A stretch of 61,889 bases of DNA, filler included, from Sphacelaria rigidula (Eukaryota), in assembly GCA_964200075.2 (NCBI GenBank). It is 8 parts of 8 records of this genome, joined end to end, with 100 filler letters (N's around TTAATTAATTAA, not from the genome) between each part and the next. Parts side by side here need not be neighbours in the genome. Positions count along the whole stretch, not along the records: positions 54,242 to 61,889 come from CAXNAA020013942.1; 7 more parts are not named here. One strand, written 5' to 3'. A model generated the notes under the pieces. That model searched no databases, had not been told where the DNA came from, and worked only from the letters and a program-made list of their open reading frames with translations. The translations under genes were made by a program, and so were the position numbers. This document shows, in pieces, positions 61,401 through 61,889 of this stretch. Numbering within the stretch: position 1 is the first letter of the stretch; each line of letters starts with the position of its first letter.

Positions 61401-61781
61401 AATCTGTAAATCGTCTTTACTTGATCTATTGCCTGACCTGGGTAAGCAATCTGTTCTCATGTTTTCGGAGAAAACGTTTCTTGTCCTGAAACGTTCAGAG
61501 ATTTCGAGAAACGAATAAAACCAGTTGATACAACCCCCAGTGACACTCGGAACCGAACAAATCGATGACCAACAACTATTTTTCTGCCTGGCGTTCTCCG
61601 GGAAGCATAAGAAGAGAAAAAGGAGTAGAAACTCCTAGGAATGGCTCAATCGCTTAGTTCCATTTTTTCTCTCTCCCTTTTTTTTTCTTTTTACCTGAAG
61701 ATTTTCCGCCATCTCCTCCGCGGTTCCCGGCAGTTGCCTTAACAGCATTGACAGCTGCCGCAGTGACTCCGCTTTTCGGCC
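58474..61781 (-). CDS. TTC5: Tetratricopeptide repeat protein 5-like, partial (3 internal exons)
   Basis: Exons 61781-61695, 60773-60621 and 58571-58474 join in phase 0: GRKAESLRQLSMLLRQL...ENLQ|ESLRLAKEAVTQDVRCGESWYVVGNAYVASFF...ALQAYSQA|ESNGHTKNPDLFFNRAQVLRYREDY. This is collinear with the TTC5 motifs LSMxLRQL, AKxAVxxD...SWYxxGN and NPDLxxNRA. Confidence 0.88.
58614..58980 (-). mobile_element. 3' fragment of the LINE family inside a TTC5 intron
   Basis: Matches 13550-13910 and 15530-15700, including the knuckle region (NCLCGTAIESRSHIVSEC on the minus strand). Ends AATGAGTAC plus a C-rich tract. Confidence 0.82.
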
Positions 61782-61889
61782 CTACGTGTTATCTCAGCAC
61801 ATTTTGCAAGGGGGAAAAGGAAAAGGGGAAGGAGCGGGGGATACTCCTTATCGCGCATGCCGCAGCCACACGACGATTGAAAGGGGGAG

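Overview
This window is not one locus. It is eight unrelated contigs of near-identical length (7649 or 7648 bp) joined by artificial 100-bp spacers (N44-TTAATTAATTAA-N44), so nothing can be inferred across spacers. The DNA is eukaryotic: short exons, long introns and heavy repeat content. Gene content and repeat style suggest a brown alga (Phaeophyceae, possibly a kelp); that assignment is inference. Four partial intron-rich genes could be assembled by hand with consistent splice phases: a protein of tandem bacterial-type DUF11/DUF7507-like repeats (13 exons, +), a RIB43A-like axonemal protein (4 exons, -), a carnitine/choline O-acyltransferase (6 exons, -) and TTC5 (3 exons, -). Two junctions appear to use GC donors. 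Mobile DNA includes a 6.4-kb non-autonomous Ty3/Gypsy element with both LTRs and a GTAC TSD, a decayed LINE, Stowaway-like and Tourist-like MITEs, tRNA-derived SINE heads and several clouds of short palindromic motifs. Two leads stand out. First, two retroelement families share a ~65-nt structured 3' end and almost always abut poly(C)/C-rich tracts, suggesting a poly(C)-targeting non-LTR system that sometimes lands in splice-acceptor pyrimidine tracts. Second, the DUF11/DUF7507-repeat gene has its repeats delimited by conserved phase-1 introns. No CRISPR array, rRNA or intact tRNA is supported. Most short ORFs in the supplied track are spurious.
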